A DNA stretch of 57,196 nucleotides, the filler included, from Catajapyx aquilonaris (Eukaryota), in assembly GCA_000934665.2 (NCBI GenBank). It is 2 parts of 2 records of this genome, joined end to end, with 100 filler letters (N's around TTAATTAATTAA, not from the genome) between each part and the next. Parts side by side here need not be neighbours in the genome. Positions count along the whole stretch, not along the records: positions 1 to 28,503 come from JYFJ02004912.1; 1 more part is not named here. One strand, given 5' to 3'. The position numbers and the translations under genes are program-made. Below are positions 13,141-24,199 of this stretch, in pieces. Every line of letters starts with the position of its first letter. The stretch's first letter is position 1. The notes beneath the pieces are model-generated. The model was not told the origin of the DNA and made no database searches. It saw nothing but the letters and a program-made list of their open reading frames with translations.

Positions 13141-14160
13141 CTAAAACACAAACTGACACCCAATATGTGCTGAAAATGGTGTATAAAATCGTGAATTAAA
13201 ATTGGTAATTATATTTGTGTGTCAAACGAGTGGATTGAACGAGTGAGGGCGTTGGTTCCATCAATGGGGACCCAACATGGCCGCACAATGATTCCGGCTG
13301 GTTAAGCGGACCTATCGACACTCGCATTGTAGTTGAAGTCGCCTGAAAGTTTATCTATGTGCACCCCCATTTGAAGAGTGGACTCTTCTTGGGACTCTTC
13401 CAGGTGTGAGATACGATACCGTATCGTATAAACAATTATGCGATTTTTAAAAATAAGTTTTACTTCTTTTATTTGCATAATATGCGAGTATGTGTAATTA
13501 GACGTCCTTTTTGACCCCTTCACGATTCTTGTGCCTGAAATACTGTATACATGCCTACAGTACAATACAGCAAAGATAATAAGAGAATCAGAATTACCGT
13601 AACTGAATATTTCCCGCCAACATTGCTCAAGTTACGCCTACACTCCAGTCGCCTATCCTCACGACGCATGCGCATTGCAGCCAATCAGCGCTTGAATCCT
13701 GAACCAGCGGACCAATCGCTGGCTTAGCTGTCCGATGTAAACCTTGACGTAAATTGAGCACGCACACTGCGCACCACTGGTTCCTGATTGGTCCATCCTT
13801 AGGCTGGGAATGGATCTGTCCAACCGGGTGTGAGAGGAGCGGAATGGCAGTTAGTCCGTGTGAATATTCCCTCCTTCCTAACGAACGATGGCGTCTCCTT
13901 CTCTCCAAGTCTTCTTCTCTTCTTCTCCTCCTTTGGCTCGAGGGGGAAACGGGGACTGGACTGCCCTCCTTCCACTCCTGGGAGGGTGGCCAGCTAGGGG
14001 CGGAGGAAGGGCAGGTCATGGTTCGGGGGGTGTTGCATGTGCAGGTAGGACAAGAGGAAGGCAGGGGGAAAAGAGGCCACAACTAGGAGGAGGGAAGGGG
14101 GCGATTCGAATCCGCCTTGTTGGGTCTGCTGGCCTCATTCCCAGTTCGGCTTATTTCCAG
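12760..14160. promoter_or_regulatory. Bidirectional CpG-island-like promoter region
   Basis: GC/CpG-rich; CRE TGACGTCA (~13087), YY1-like AAAATGGC (~13108), NRF1-like CGCATGCGCA (~13665), three CCAAT/ATTGG boxes (~13681, 13713, 13787). Confidence 0.6.
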
Positions 14161-15520
14161 GTTTGGTGTGGCTGGCATTGGGCCAGTTGGTACCTTAGGT
14201 AACGCAGGATTTAGTCATACTTTACTAACCATTGAGGTGCAAGGAGGCATAACACTGGTAATGAACAAGTGTGCATTATTGTTACAGAAAATAGCGAATG
14301 TCAGCATATGTTATGGTTACGATCTATCGTCAGGTGCTAGTCCTTCTAAGAACTGTTTTTTGAGTTGATGTTCTGCTGCGTTCATCAAAGTCTATTAGAA
14401 ACATCACATTAACATAGTAAAAGCCTGTTGTGAATTTTTGTCGTTTTATGATATTTTACAGGGTTGTGATCGTGATTGTGAAGCCAGGTTTGTCGTGAAT
14501 GTATTACAGCATGTTGTCCACCACTTGACTGAGGTATTTTCTAACGGTGTTGAGATGGCAAGGTGGCACTGAAACAAAGCAGATATAGCCGTAATTGCAT
14601 TTGCACTGTCGATCTATACTATACTTCACTGTGATTATGGCGCATTTACTCCTCCGATGAGAACAGCAGCCAATCTTATAATCACATCTGATTCAATTTA
14701 GCATTATTACAACAAGGGAGTGTGGTATGCATTGAGTTTGGTATTTAATGTTTTTGTGTGTCATACTTATGGTTTGACTGGTTCTTGTCAGATAATGACA
14801 CCTATGTTTGAGAATATGTGATGCTATATTATGCTGCAACGTTAAGTAATACGGTTTACTTGCACATCAGTAGATGTTATTGAATCTCTCCTCTATTACT
14901 CGTGTATTATTAGGCGTACGTTCTCTCCCATGCATTGGATGCATAGATTCCAACATGCAGTATTAGTTAGGCAGGAAGAGAGTGATCTGTGTGTTTCCAT
15001 TTAAAAACAAAAAAAACGAAATCCGTGTGGTACACTCATAATGTAAGTTGGAATAAAAACTAATCTAATGTATATTGAGATCAGGCAGTTCCACGACTTG
15101 TGCAAGTTGCAAGTCTTTCACCTATTTGCTGAATGGGGAGTCTTAGTGTCACTTGCTTCGACATGTCACAGGCGGTGTATTGTTCACAAATGCCTGCAGG
15201 CCTACACAATTTTTCATGGTTTAAACAATTTTGAGTAAGACTATGTTAGACTACCTTCTTTTTTCCCTTATGAAGTTGCAGGATGGCGGTCTTCACCTTC
15301 GCCTACACTTGTCTGTGTCACCTTACAAAGAGTAAAACCTGGTCATAAAAAGAGGGATAATTGGCGAAAGGTGCTTGAATGTATCATTATTTTATTTCCC
15401 AACAATTACGGCGAGGCTTAAAATTAATAATGGTGACTTACGAGTTGGGATATTTTTTCTGCAAACATGTTTGATGGCGATTTTGTTCCAGCAGATCCAT
15501 AATATGAAACACTAGGGTGG
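13830..15520 (+). ncRNA. Putative spliced non-coding transcription unit (micro-exons); 3' extent uncertain
   Basis: AG/GT-bounded short exons at 14161-14198, 14288-14333, 14462-14487, 14792-14845, 15172-15234, 15282-15331; no recognisable ORF. Confidence 0.35.
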
Positions 15521-17394
15521 CGAGAGTCCTCACTTAGACCCCATTGAATGTACATGAACTCGTGTTGTAATATGGTGTGTAGATGTTGTCCATATTGCAT
15601 ATTTGGGCGCCCTCTCTATCATGTGATCAGTCCACTTTCTTTCCTACTTTTTCCTCTTTCATCAAATGTGGCTCCAAATACTCAACTTAGGCCATTGTCC
15701 GCCTCAACGTGAGAGCATATTAGGATGATCAGTTGATTGTTGGTGTTCACATCCTTTGGCTTCCTCATTTTGCGCCCACTGCAATAATTGGGTGGGGCTC
15801 TTAATTAGTAAATATTAAGATTTCACAGTGTTGTGGACTGGTGCAGGCCGTGTCTTGTTAACTGAATTGATTTCATTATACCCTACAAGAGATTTTCCTT
15901 ATGTAGGCTACAGTCATTAGCCGTCTTTAAATGCGTCTTTTGTCGGTGACGGCGTGCGTTATCTGGCAACCCCGGCCTGCTGGCCAATTCAAATTCGTGT
16001 GGGTGACGGCAAGGTATTTGGTTCACTATGGCACACAAAAATTGTCGTTGGCAATACGGAACCCTCGACGTGTCCAGTTCAATTTCGGGGATAAGTGGAG
16101 ATGGTTCACTGTGGCTCTTATAGCCATGCACATAGTCGTCCCATTTTCTACTGATACAGACGAGAAGAGAAAGTCCTCGTGAGTATTCCAGTAACTTCCT
16201 CACGTGGCATGATGGCTCTTCAATTGGTAGAGAATTCTGCCTTGAAATTACAGCCACAAAATTGTTGACCTCCTTGTGAAATATTTGTATCACAGATATG
16301 ACTTCGTATGACTTATTATTTTACCGACCAGTGTTAAGGAAAAAAGCGAAAGTTTAGTAACAACTGTGGTTACCTCTGTTAATAGTTTTTTTTCAATAAA
16401 CCGATTGGATTTTGTGGGTACAATCATACTATTCTGACTATGCCCATTATCTCATCATTGTATTCACATTGCCAGATAAATTAGCGCCGCGCCGTTTCCC
16501 CGTACTGACAGAAGTACTTCATGTGATTCGAATGTCGTTGACTACTGACTAATGTGATGTAATATATGGCTCGCGTATATTTTGATACCGATGTTTATGA
16601 ACTTGAAATAAGCAGCAACCTCTCAGTAGATTACATTTTACATGCCGTGATTTTCTGTAGAATATTTAAAAATTCTGCTGCTTGTTGCACAGTGTCTTAT
16701 GTAGGGGTAAGCAAAAATTTCTAGGTGGTTGCCTAACAGTTGGCCAGTAGTACTCAAATTTCAAGCTTTTACAGCCTTCTTTTTGAAAATTTTATTTCGA
16801 GACTTTCAGACAAGTAAAATTATTGTTCCAAACGAATTCACAGTGTATTTCCATGAATGTGTGAGTATAGTTGATATTAATTGTAAAATATCTCGTCCGT
16901 ATCTTTAGAGTATCGTAAGCGAAAGTCTAGGCGTTTTTGGCCTAGCTGGTAGCGAAGGGGTTAATTCTACGAGTGCATTTATCTTGATTAATGTTGCAAG
17001 AACATGTAAAAGTTACATGAGTGGATGTGATCTACAGTATCTAAAGTGCGTGTGACAACCCCATGGCAATACAGTATTACCATATTAGATGTTGCCATGA
17101 CGTGTCTTCCGCGTGCCAATAGGCCTGATGTTTCTTATCGACGTAACAGGTTACTTTAATGGAATCGTCTGTTTTGTAAGTAAGTGCTTTGACCAGCTTT
17201 GACTGTTACTAATGTTGCAAGAGCTTCTGTTACATGCCAGCGTTTCTGCTCATCGATGGAAATCTGACTAGAAGCGTATGCTTGTACTGGACGTAGTGAC
17301 TTTAATCAAAGAAGACAATAATGTCTGATATTTTATCCCATGTATGTGACACAACTTTCTCTTGATTCCCCTCGATGATTCCCCTCGATTGATG

Positions 17395-17482
17395 CCCCTC
17401 GATGTGGGTTCCTGTCCGTGGTGAGGGGACCACCCTACTGGGGATTCCTTCGTGTCTCCCTGGTAGGGTCCTGAACGCCCAC
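17395..17482 (+). ncRNA. Candidate HDV-like self-cleaving ribozyme at the LINE 5' end
   Basis: P1 CCCCTCG(17395-401)/TGAGGGG(17422-428); P2 GTGGGT(17404-409)/GCCCAC(17477-482); P3 CC/GG around loop TGTCCGT; 13-bp P4 17432-444/17457-469; J4/2 CCTGAAC. Confidence 0.5.
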
Positions 17483-17706
17483 CCGCACGTTTGCCGTGTG
17501 CGGCGACCCGTAGCGTGAAGAAGGGTGTCCTGGAGGCTGAGCCCCCACTGGGCCTCACCTGTCGTGGGGTCGCCCTGTTGGGGGCAACACTCCTCTTCGG
17601 CCCCGGAGGCACGTGAGACGGGAGCTCTGGGTGGCCAACCAGAGCAATCGGCTGGTCTAGCTGGTAACCCTAGACCAACGGTCAAGCGGGCGGCNCAGAA
17701 TTTTGT

Positions 17707-19179
17707 ATGGGTACCGTTACAGAGACACCGTCTCAGATCTCCTCCTCTAACAAGAGGAGGAAGACCGAACGATCAGTTACTATCGATCAACCGATCAGGC
17801 AGCGGCGGATCCCGCGCTACCTGATCATTCACTCTACTTCTATCGAATCTTTTGGGGAGAAATCCCCAATCCTCATCAACAGGGAATTTTACACTTTTGG
17901 TGTGTCTCCAAAAACAATTAGGAAGCTCCGTTCGGGCGACCTCTTTGTGGAGACGTGCCGGGATGCGGATTCAACCAAGATTCTCACGCTGCAACTTTTT
18001 TGCGGGTTGGCGGTGAAAGTCAGCCCGCACCGCACGCTGAACGCATCCCGCGGGGTCATCCGCGAGAGGGAGCTCTTGAATGACTCGGAGGAGGACATTC
18101 TAGCCGAGCTGGAACCCCAAGGGGTGACTGCGGTTCGCCGCATAACCCTGCGGAAGGAAGGCAAGGACGGCAAGGAGGCCCAAATCCAGCCAACACCCGT
18201 CGTGGTTCTCACCTTTGACTCGCCTAACCTCCCTCGGGAGGTGAAGGTGGGTTATCTGTCTTGCAATGTGTCCACTTACATCCCGAACCCGACCCGGTGC
18301 TTCAAGTGCCAGAGGTATGGTCACACGAAGTTTGCGTGCAGGGGGAAGGCCACCTGTCCCCGATGCGGTCAGGCGGAGCATGGGGAGAAGAGGTGTGCGG
18401 ATGAGGTCAAGTGCATCAACTGCGCTGGGCCACACCCTGCCTACACCCGATCCTGTCCAAAGTGGAAGGAGGAGAAGGAGGTCGAAAGCCTTCGAGCGAC
18501 CCGCAGGGTCTCTTACGGCGAGGCACGTCAGTTGGCGAAGGCCGCTTCGGCCAAGCCTTCTTACGCTGCCGTAGCTAAACAGACCCGGTCCATCGGGGTC
18601 CAGACAGACAACGTCCTCCCTCCACCCCAGGCTCCTGGCCAACAGAGGAAGAAGCCCCCAAAGGCTTCTAAGACCAAGCCCATGGCAGCGGAGTCAACCT
18701 CCACAAATTCCGTTCAAAAATCTCGTTCCACCACCACTCATCCCTCTTCTGTGGGGGATATTTCTTCTGGGTGCTCCCAAACGGCCGGACCTGCCACTTC
18801 GGCGGGGCAGGCAGCGAAGGAGCGCCCTCCACTGGGGAAGCGCAAGGCTGACCCAGTGGACTCTTCCCCTCCAGCAACAGGGGCTGCGGGGGAATCCATT
18901 TCTTCAGAGGGCTTCCCAGTGGCCGGCAAGGCCAACAGGAAGACCTCCCCGCTGGGGACGCGAAATGCTGCCCCAGTGGTCTCCACTCCTGCAGCCATCG
19001 TGGGTGGGGCTGCAGGTAGTAACATCAGCCCGTCCGCTTCTGATGGCGAAGACATGGAGACGGACGCCACAAACCCACCAAAGAAAGCCCCTCCGGACAA
19101 GGATGCGTCCAAGTCCAAAAAGTCGCCACCGGCCAAGCCTCCCGTCAAGGGAAGGCAGCCGATTACTTTCAACCTGTAA
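17707..19179 (+). CDS. LINE ORF1, gag-like nucleic-acid-binding protein with three zinc knuckles
   Basis: 490 aa; CFKCQRYGHTKFAC, CPRCGQAEHGEKRC, CINCAGPHPAYTRSC; KLRSGDLFVE and PHRTLNASRGVI motifs typical of I-group ORF1. Confidence 0.95.
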   Translation: MGTVTETPSQISSSNKRRKTERSVTIDQPIRQRRIPRYLIIHSTSIESFGEKSPILINREFYTFGVSPKTIRKLRSGDLFVETCRDADSTKILTLQLFCGLAVKVSPHRTLNASRGVIRERELLNDSEEDILAELEPQGVTAVRRITLRKEGKDGKEAQIQPTPVVVLTFDSPNLPREVKVGYLSCNVSTYIPNPTRCFKCQRYGHTKFACRGKATCPRCGQAEHGEKRCADEVKCINCAGPHPAYTRSCPKWKEEKEVESLRATRRVSYGEARQLAKAASAKPSYAAVAKQTRSIGVQTDNVLPPPQAPGQQRKKPPKASKTKPMAAESTSTNSVQKSRSTTTHPSSVGDISSGCSQTAGPATSAGQAAKERPPLGKRKADPVDSSPPATGAAGESISSEGFPVAGKANRKTSPLGTRNAAPVVSTPAAIVGGAAGSNISPSASDGEDMETDATNPPKKAPPDKDASKSKKSPPAKPPVKGRQPITFNL

Positions 19180-19182
19180 TCG

Positions 19183-22100
19183 ATGGCCAATATCGTCCAA
19201 TGGAATTGCCGTGGCTACTTCCACAATTTGGACGATATTAAGCGGTTGATTGACGTACACCGCCCTCTCTGTATGTGCCTCCAGGAAACTCTCCTGAGAG
19301 GCACACAGAAGGCATACATCCCAAATTATACTCTTCTTCGGGAGGACAACCATGACGGTGACAGGGCGTGCGGTGGTGTGGCTCTTCTGGTCCGCCGCCA
19401 AACGCCCTTCACACGGGTACCCCTTGCCACGCCTCTTCAGGCCGTGGCAGTTAGGGTCAACATCGGCACCCTGGTCACCGTCTGTTGCCTCTACCTCCCG
19501 CCTGGGGACGACGTCTCCTTGCAGGATCTGGACGGACTCGTTCAACAGCTGCCTGGTCCTCTGGTGCTGTTGGGCGACTTCAATGGGCGGAACACCCTTT
19601 GGGGGTATTCGGACACCAACGCCAGGGGCAGGGCCATTGAGCAGGTGGCCCTGACCCGTGGGTTGTCCATCCTCAACACGGGGGAGCCCACCTACCTCCA
19701 TCCCGGCCATAGGAGCTTCTCCTCGCCGGACCTGACCATCTGTTCCGCCAAGCTGTTCCCCGTCATGCAGTGGAGGGTCATCAACAACCCGTTTGGCAGT
19801 GACCACTTCCCGGTCCTGTCCACGTATGTCGGGGGACATCAGACCAACCTTGCCCGCACCCCTTCGTGGTTGCCGGACAAGGCAAATTGGGCCACTTTCA
19901 CCTCCTTGGCCCAAATAGATCCGGCTGATGTGCTGCTGCCTGACATCGACGATGCTGTGGAGGGTGTGACGGCACGCATAGTCGATTCTGCCTCCGAGTC
20001 TGTCCCCAAGACCAGCGGGTCCTTCCCTCGAAGGCCCAAGGCTTGGTGGACCGAGGAGTGCCAGGCGGCACGCAAGGCACAGCACAAGGCATGGGGTATC
20101 TTCCGCCGACGTCCGACGGAAGAGAACTTCATTTCCTTCAAGCGTCTTCGGGCCAAGGCCCGGTATGTCCGACGGAAGAGTCAGCGGGAGTCATTCCGGG
20201 CCTTCGTGTCTGGGATTAGCTCCTCGACAGACTCTCGGACTGTCTGGGCCAAAGTCCGCAAGCTCCAGGGCAATTATACCTCTCATGCGGTCCCCATTCT
20301 CGGGTCAGGCGATGGTCATGCGACCACCCTGCCAGAGATCGTGGACACGCTCGCCTCCACATTCGCCACGCACTCCAGTGTGGCCAACTACTCCCCATCT
20401 TTCCGGGCCATCAAGGTGGCTGCGGAGCGTCGCCCGTTGTCCTTTGCTGGGACTCGACGGGAGGAGGCGTACAACAGTCCTCTGACCATGCTGGAGTTGC
20501 GTCGGGCGCTCAATGCCTCTGGAAACACGGCCGTTGGGCCCGACGACGTCCACTACTCTTTCTTGCGCCACCTGTCGGAGCACTCCCTCCGGCAGCTGCT
20601 GGCGCTCTTCAACCGCATCTGGGTTGGGCAGGAGTTCCCTGCCCTGTGGCGTCGGGCGGTGGTGATCCCCATCCCCAAGCCGGGAAAGGATCCTTCCGAC
20701 CCTTCCAACTACCGCCCAATAGCGTTGACGAGCTGCCTGTGCAAGCTCATGGAGCGGATCGTCAACGCCAGACTCACGTACATCCTCGAGTCGCAGGGGC
20801 TCATCACTCCCACTCAGTGCGGGTTCAGGAGGCAGCGCTCCGTCGTGGACCACCTGGTCCGCCTCGAGTCCTCGGTCCGGGATGCCTTCCTGCAGGGGGA
20901 GCATCTCGTGTCGGTTTTCTTTGACCTGGAGAAGGCATACGACATGACCTGGAGGTTTGGCATCCTGCAGGCCCTGCATGGCTTCGGCCTCAGGGGAAAC
21001 CTGCCGGTTTTCATCGCCAATTTCCTTCGGGACAGGTCCTTCCAGGTCCGTGTCGGTGCCACTCTGTCTACCTCTCGTGTGTTGGAGGAGGGTGTCCCGC
21101 AAGGGAGTGTCCTAAGCGTCACTCTCTTCGCCGTGGCCATCAACGGCATTGCGGGCAAACTCCCACCGACAATTCCGAATTCATTGTACGTGGATGACTT
21201 CCAGATCTCCTGTCGCTCCCGATCCATGCGCTTCGTGGAGAGGCAGCTGCAGGGGGCCTTGAATTCCATCCAGGAGTGGACCACTTCACACGGGTTCAAG
21301 TTCTCGCCGCAGAAGACGGTGTGCGTCCACTTCTGCCGGCGGCGGGAACTGCACCTGGACCCAGAACTCCTCTTGGGGGGATCGCCTCTGCCTGTCGTGG
21401 AAGAGACGAGATTCCTGGGGCTCCTCCTCGACAGGAAATTGACATTTGGGCCTCACCTGAGGCAGCTGAAAACGAAGTGTAAGATGGCCCTCAACATCCT
21501 CCGGGTTCTGTCGGCCTCTTCTTGGGGGGCGGACCGATGCGTTCTCCTTCGTATCTACCGAGCCCTGATGCGGTCAAAGCTCGACTTTGGCTGCATGGTG
21601 TATGACTCGGCCAGGCCTTCCTTCAAGAAGGTCCTGGACCCCATCCACCACCAGGCCCTCCGACAGTGCCTGGGCGCCTTTCGTACGTCCCCCACCACCA
21701 GCCTCTGCGTGGAGGCCCACGAGCCCCCTCTGGCCCTGCGGAGGGAGCTGCTCGCCCTCCGATACGCGGCCAAGATAAAGTCCCTTCCCGACCATCCGGC
21801 ACACGGCTGCATTTTCCATCCCGCCTACACCGAAGTATACGACCGGAGGCCCTCTCTGGTCCGCTCCTTCGGCGTGCGGATGCAGCGGTTGCTGGACAGG
21901 CTCGGGCTGGACCTGAGCTGTGTGGCCGAGTTCACTGGCCCACCGGCCCCTCCTTGGGCCCTGGTGGACGTGGACTGCTGCCTGGCACTCTCCGGGAATG
22001 CCAAGGCCGACACAGCGGACTGCGTTTACCGCATCCTCTTTGCCCAGCTTAAGAGCACACGATACGAAGACTGGGCCCACGTGTACACCGACGGATCCAA

Positions 22101-22605
22101 GTCGGCTGACCACGTGGGGTGCTCTTTCGTCTGCTGCGGAGAGGCCCAGGGCTGCGTGCCCCACCCGGATCTGCGGCAGGTGACGAGGGAAAGGCTGCTG
22201 GGCGAGTGGCAGGTCCTCTGGGACGGGGAGACGGGGAACAAGCTCCACGGGGTGAAGCCGGTCCTCTCCCCCTGGGGGTCCTCCTCCCGTCCCGACAGGA
22301 GGGAGGAGGTCGTTCTGGCCAGGCTCAGGATGGGGCACACCCGCCTCACCCACGGCCACCTCCTCAGGGGCGGGGACGGCCCCCCTCTCTGCGGCCACTG
22401 CCACCAGGCCCCTTCTCTGACGGTCCAGCACATGCTGCTGGACTGTCCTGCATTGCACCAACTCCGCCTAGACACCGGTCTCCTGCGGGCGGGAGATCCC
22501 GCTCCTTCCACCCTCGCTCATCTGCTGTCCGACTCTGCGGACCCCACTGTTATGTTGGCTCTCTTTTCTTTTTTGAAAAGAACCAACATGTATAGAGATC
22601 TATAA
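19183..22605 (+). CDS. LINE ORF2: AP endonuclease, reverse transcriptase, truncated RNase H, C-terminal CCHC finger
   Basis: 1140 aa; QWNCRG, CLQET, LGDFN, SDHFP (APE); NYRPIALTS, FFDLEKAYD, GVPQGSVLS, YVDDF (RT); VYTDGSK (RNase H start only); CGHC..HMLLDC. Confidence 0.97.
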   Translation: MANIVQWNCRGYFHNLDDIKRLIDVHRPLCMCLQETLLRGTQKAYIPNYTLLREDNHDGDRACGGVALLVRRQTPFTRVPLATPLQAVAVRVNIGTLVTVCCLYLPPGDDVSLQDLDGLVQQLPGPLVLLGDFNGRNTLWGYSDTNARGRAIEQVALTRGLSILNTGEPTYLHPGHRSFSSPDLTICSAKLFPVMQWRVINNPFGSDHFPVLSTYVGGHQTNLARTPSWLPDKANWATFTSLAQIDPADVLLPDIDDAVEGVTARIVDSASESVPKTSGSFPRRPKAWWTEECQAARKAQHKAWGIFRRRPTEENFISFKRLRAKARYVRRKSQRESFRAFVSGISSSTDSRTVWAKVRKLQGNYTSHAVPILGSGDGHATTLPEIVDTLASTFATHSSVANYSPSFRAIKVAAERRPLSFAGTRREEAYNSPLTMLELRRALNASGNTAVGPDDVHYSFLRHLSEHSLRQLLALFNRIWVGQEFPALWRRAVVIPIPKPGKDPSDPSNYRPIALTSCLCKLMERIVNARLTYILESQGLITPTQCGFRRQRSVVDHLVRLESSVRDAFLQGEHLVSVFFDLEKAYDMTWRFGILQALHGFGLRGNLPVFIANFLRDRSFQVRVGATLSTSRVLEEGVPQGSVLSVTLFAVAINGIAGKLPPTIPNSLYVDDFQISCRSRSMRFVERQLQGALNSIQEWTTSHGFKFSPQKTVCVHFCRRRELHLDPELLLGGSPLPVVEETRFLGLLLDRKLTFGPHLRQLKTKCKMALNILRVLSASSWGADRCVLLRIYRALMRSKLDFGCMVYDSARPSFKKVLDPIHHQALRQCLGAFRTSPTTSLCVEAHEPPLALRRELLALRYAAKIKSLPDHPAHGCIFHPAYTEVYDRRPSLVRSFGVRMQRLLDRLGLDLSCVAEFTGPPAPPWALVDVDCCLALSGNAKADTADCVYRILFAQLKSTRYEDWAHVYTDGSKSADHVGCSFVCCGEAQGCVPHPDLRQVTRERLLGEWQVLWDGETGNKLHGVKPVLSPWGSSSRPDRREEVVLARLRMGHTRLTHGHLLRGGDGPPLCGHCHQAPSLTVQHMLLDCPALHQLRLDTGLLRAGDPAPSTLAHLLSDSADPTVMLALFSFLKRTNMYRDL

Positions 22606-22890
22606 CCGTTGCATTTTAAAAAAATATACTCGTAACGTTTTGTTTCACTTGTTACACTCTATTGAAATTTTATAGTCGCTACTGTAATAAATGCTCAAGT
22701 AAAGTGATAATTAAGTAATTAATTATCTCCCTTTTTTTATAAAAAAAGTATAAAAAATATATAAACAAAAAATAAAATAAAACCTTTGGTTCAGTTAACG
22801 TTGGGGTCGGGGTGGTATTGCCTCCCCTCCCCTCCAACGTCACAGGTGCTTGGCGCAGTATAGCCATTGCTGCTGTTGCGCCATTAAACC

Positions 22891-22921
<31 letters not shown>

Positions 22922-24199
22922 TCTTGATTTTGCATCTTGGGAACCACCCCTTATTGGTTTATGGCGCTTATATAATAGACTGGTCTTTAGAAATAATTAT
23001 TTTCCTTGTCTCTGATTATCCTTTTTGTTTCGGCAGTCGTGAAAGTGGGTCCATACACATTGCCGTGACATACAGTTTCAGCAATGAGCTTGGCACATTC
23101 ATCAGCTTCTCGTTAGTTCGTTGAACGATGGACTTACATTGAAACTTCACTTCTGTTCCTCTTTTATAGCAATTTTTAAGGAAGAATCCAGTGACTGCAA
23201 AGTTCTTCAAAGCCTCTTCGATAAAGCACTGTTTGTGTGCGTCCAATTTAGACCATACTGTGTTTGGAAAGAGCTCAGTTTCTTCCATGTTCTCTCCTGG
23301 TCGCAAACAAGAGCTTTGTCCAGTAGATATAGCGTGCAGTATGTGGCATGTACAATATTCACACTTTTGTTAGGTGTTAACATGAAGTTGCAGTTATGAG
23401 CGATGTACAAAAAGTAACTCAGGATTCATCTTCTGTAGTCCTGATTTCTCATACTGCCATGCAGTTGCAACAGCGGTGTAAAATGATCCATATCACATGA
23501 TTCATTAGACCATTACTCATGTCCTTGGCCTAAGTGCGGTACTAAATCTCAAATTTACGGGAGTTGATGGCCATTTCACACTAATTGACATGCTTAATAA
23601 TACTGTACGAGTATGTGACTGTATCTGACATTTATTCTTCCCAGAATTGTTGGGCGGAAAATGCTGTGGACTCTTTTGCTAGTGGTGGTTCGACGGGCGA
23701 TATAAACATCAGTGACCATGGAAGACGCCATCACTCCCAAAGGTGCTAGTTGACGATCGTCTCCAGGCGATGGTGTTGACCCCAGGATATAAATGGTCAG
23801 GAACCACCCGACTTTCGTTCACCCTTGTCACTGGTAACCCCATCTTGGGAATATGCCGTGAGAGTGAAATGAATTAATGAATTGTTAAGCATATCAAAAT
23901 TAGGATCATCTCTGCTTTCTGCCTGGTGTTGTCATTCACTTCAAAGTATTGGCGAAGAAGTATTTCTCAAATCTGCCAGGACTCATGACGTCGGGTATGG
24001 GTGCAAACCTGGACTCACTCTTCCAGTACATCCTATGGCTACTGGGCCATTCTCACAAACCCCGGCGGCGGATTCAAACTGTGCTATCATGTTGTTTTAA
24101 GTAGCTGGAGTAGGGTAGGAGAACGAAATACATTGCAACAAAAATGGAGGCGGGTTTTGAAATTCTTACATTGCTCCATTTTTTTCAGGAAGAGCAAAT

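Larger units (their letters stand above)
17368..22919 (+). mobile_element. Full-length I-group (Nimb-like) non-LTR retrotransposon
   Basis: TSD tctcttgatt at 17358-17367 and 22920-22929; two intact ORFs; 3' stem-loop tggcgca..tgcgcca followed by a (TCAA)n tail. Confidence 0.95.

Noticed and set aside
12563..14202. 100-200 aa ORFs around the CpG-rich promoter
   Set aside because: Low complexity, mostly non-ATG starts, no recognisable domain
14300..14650. Hairpins suggestive of H/ACA snoRNAs
   Set aside because: Could not assemble a complete hairpin-H-hairpin-ACA layout
17889..22595. Many long overlapping and antisense ORFs (up to 393 aa) within the LINE
   Set aside because: Shadows of GC-rich codon usage in ORF1/ORF2; no motifs
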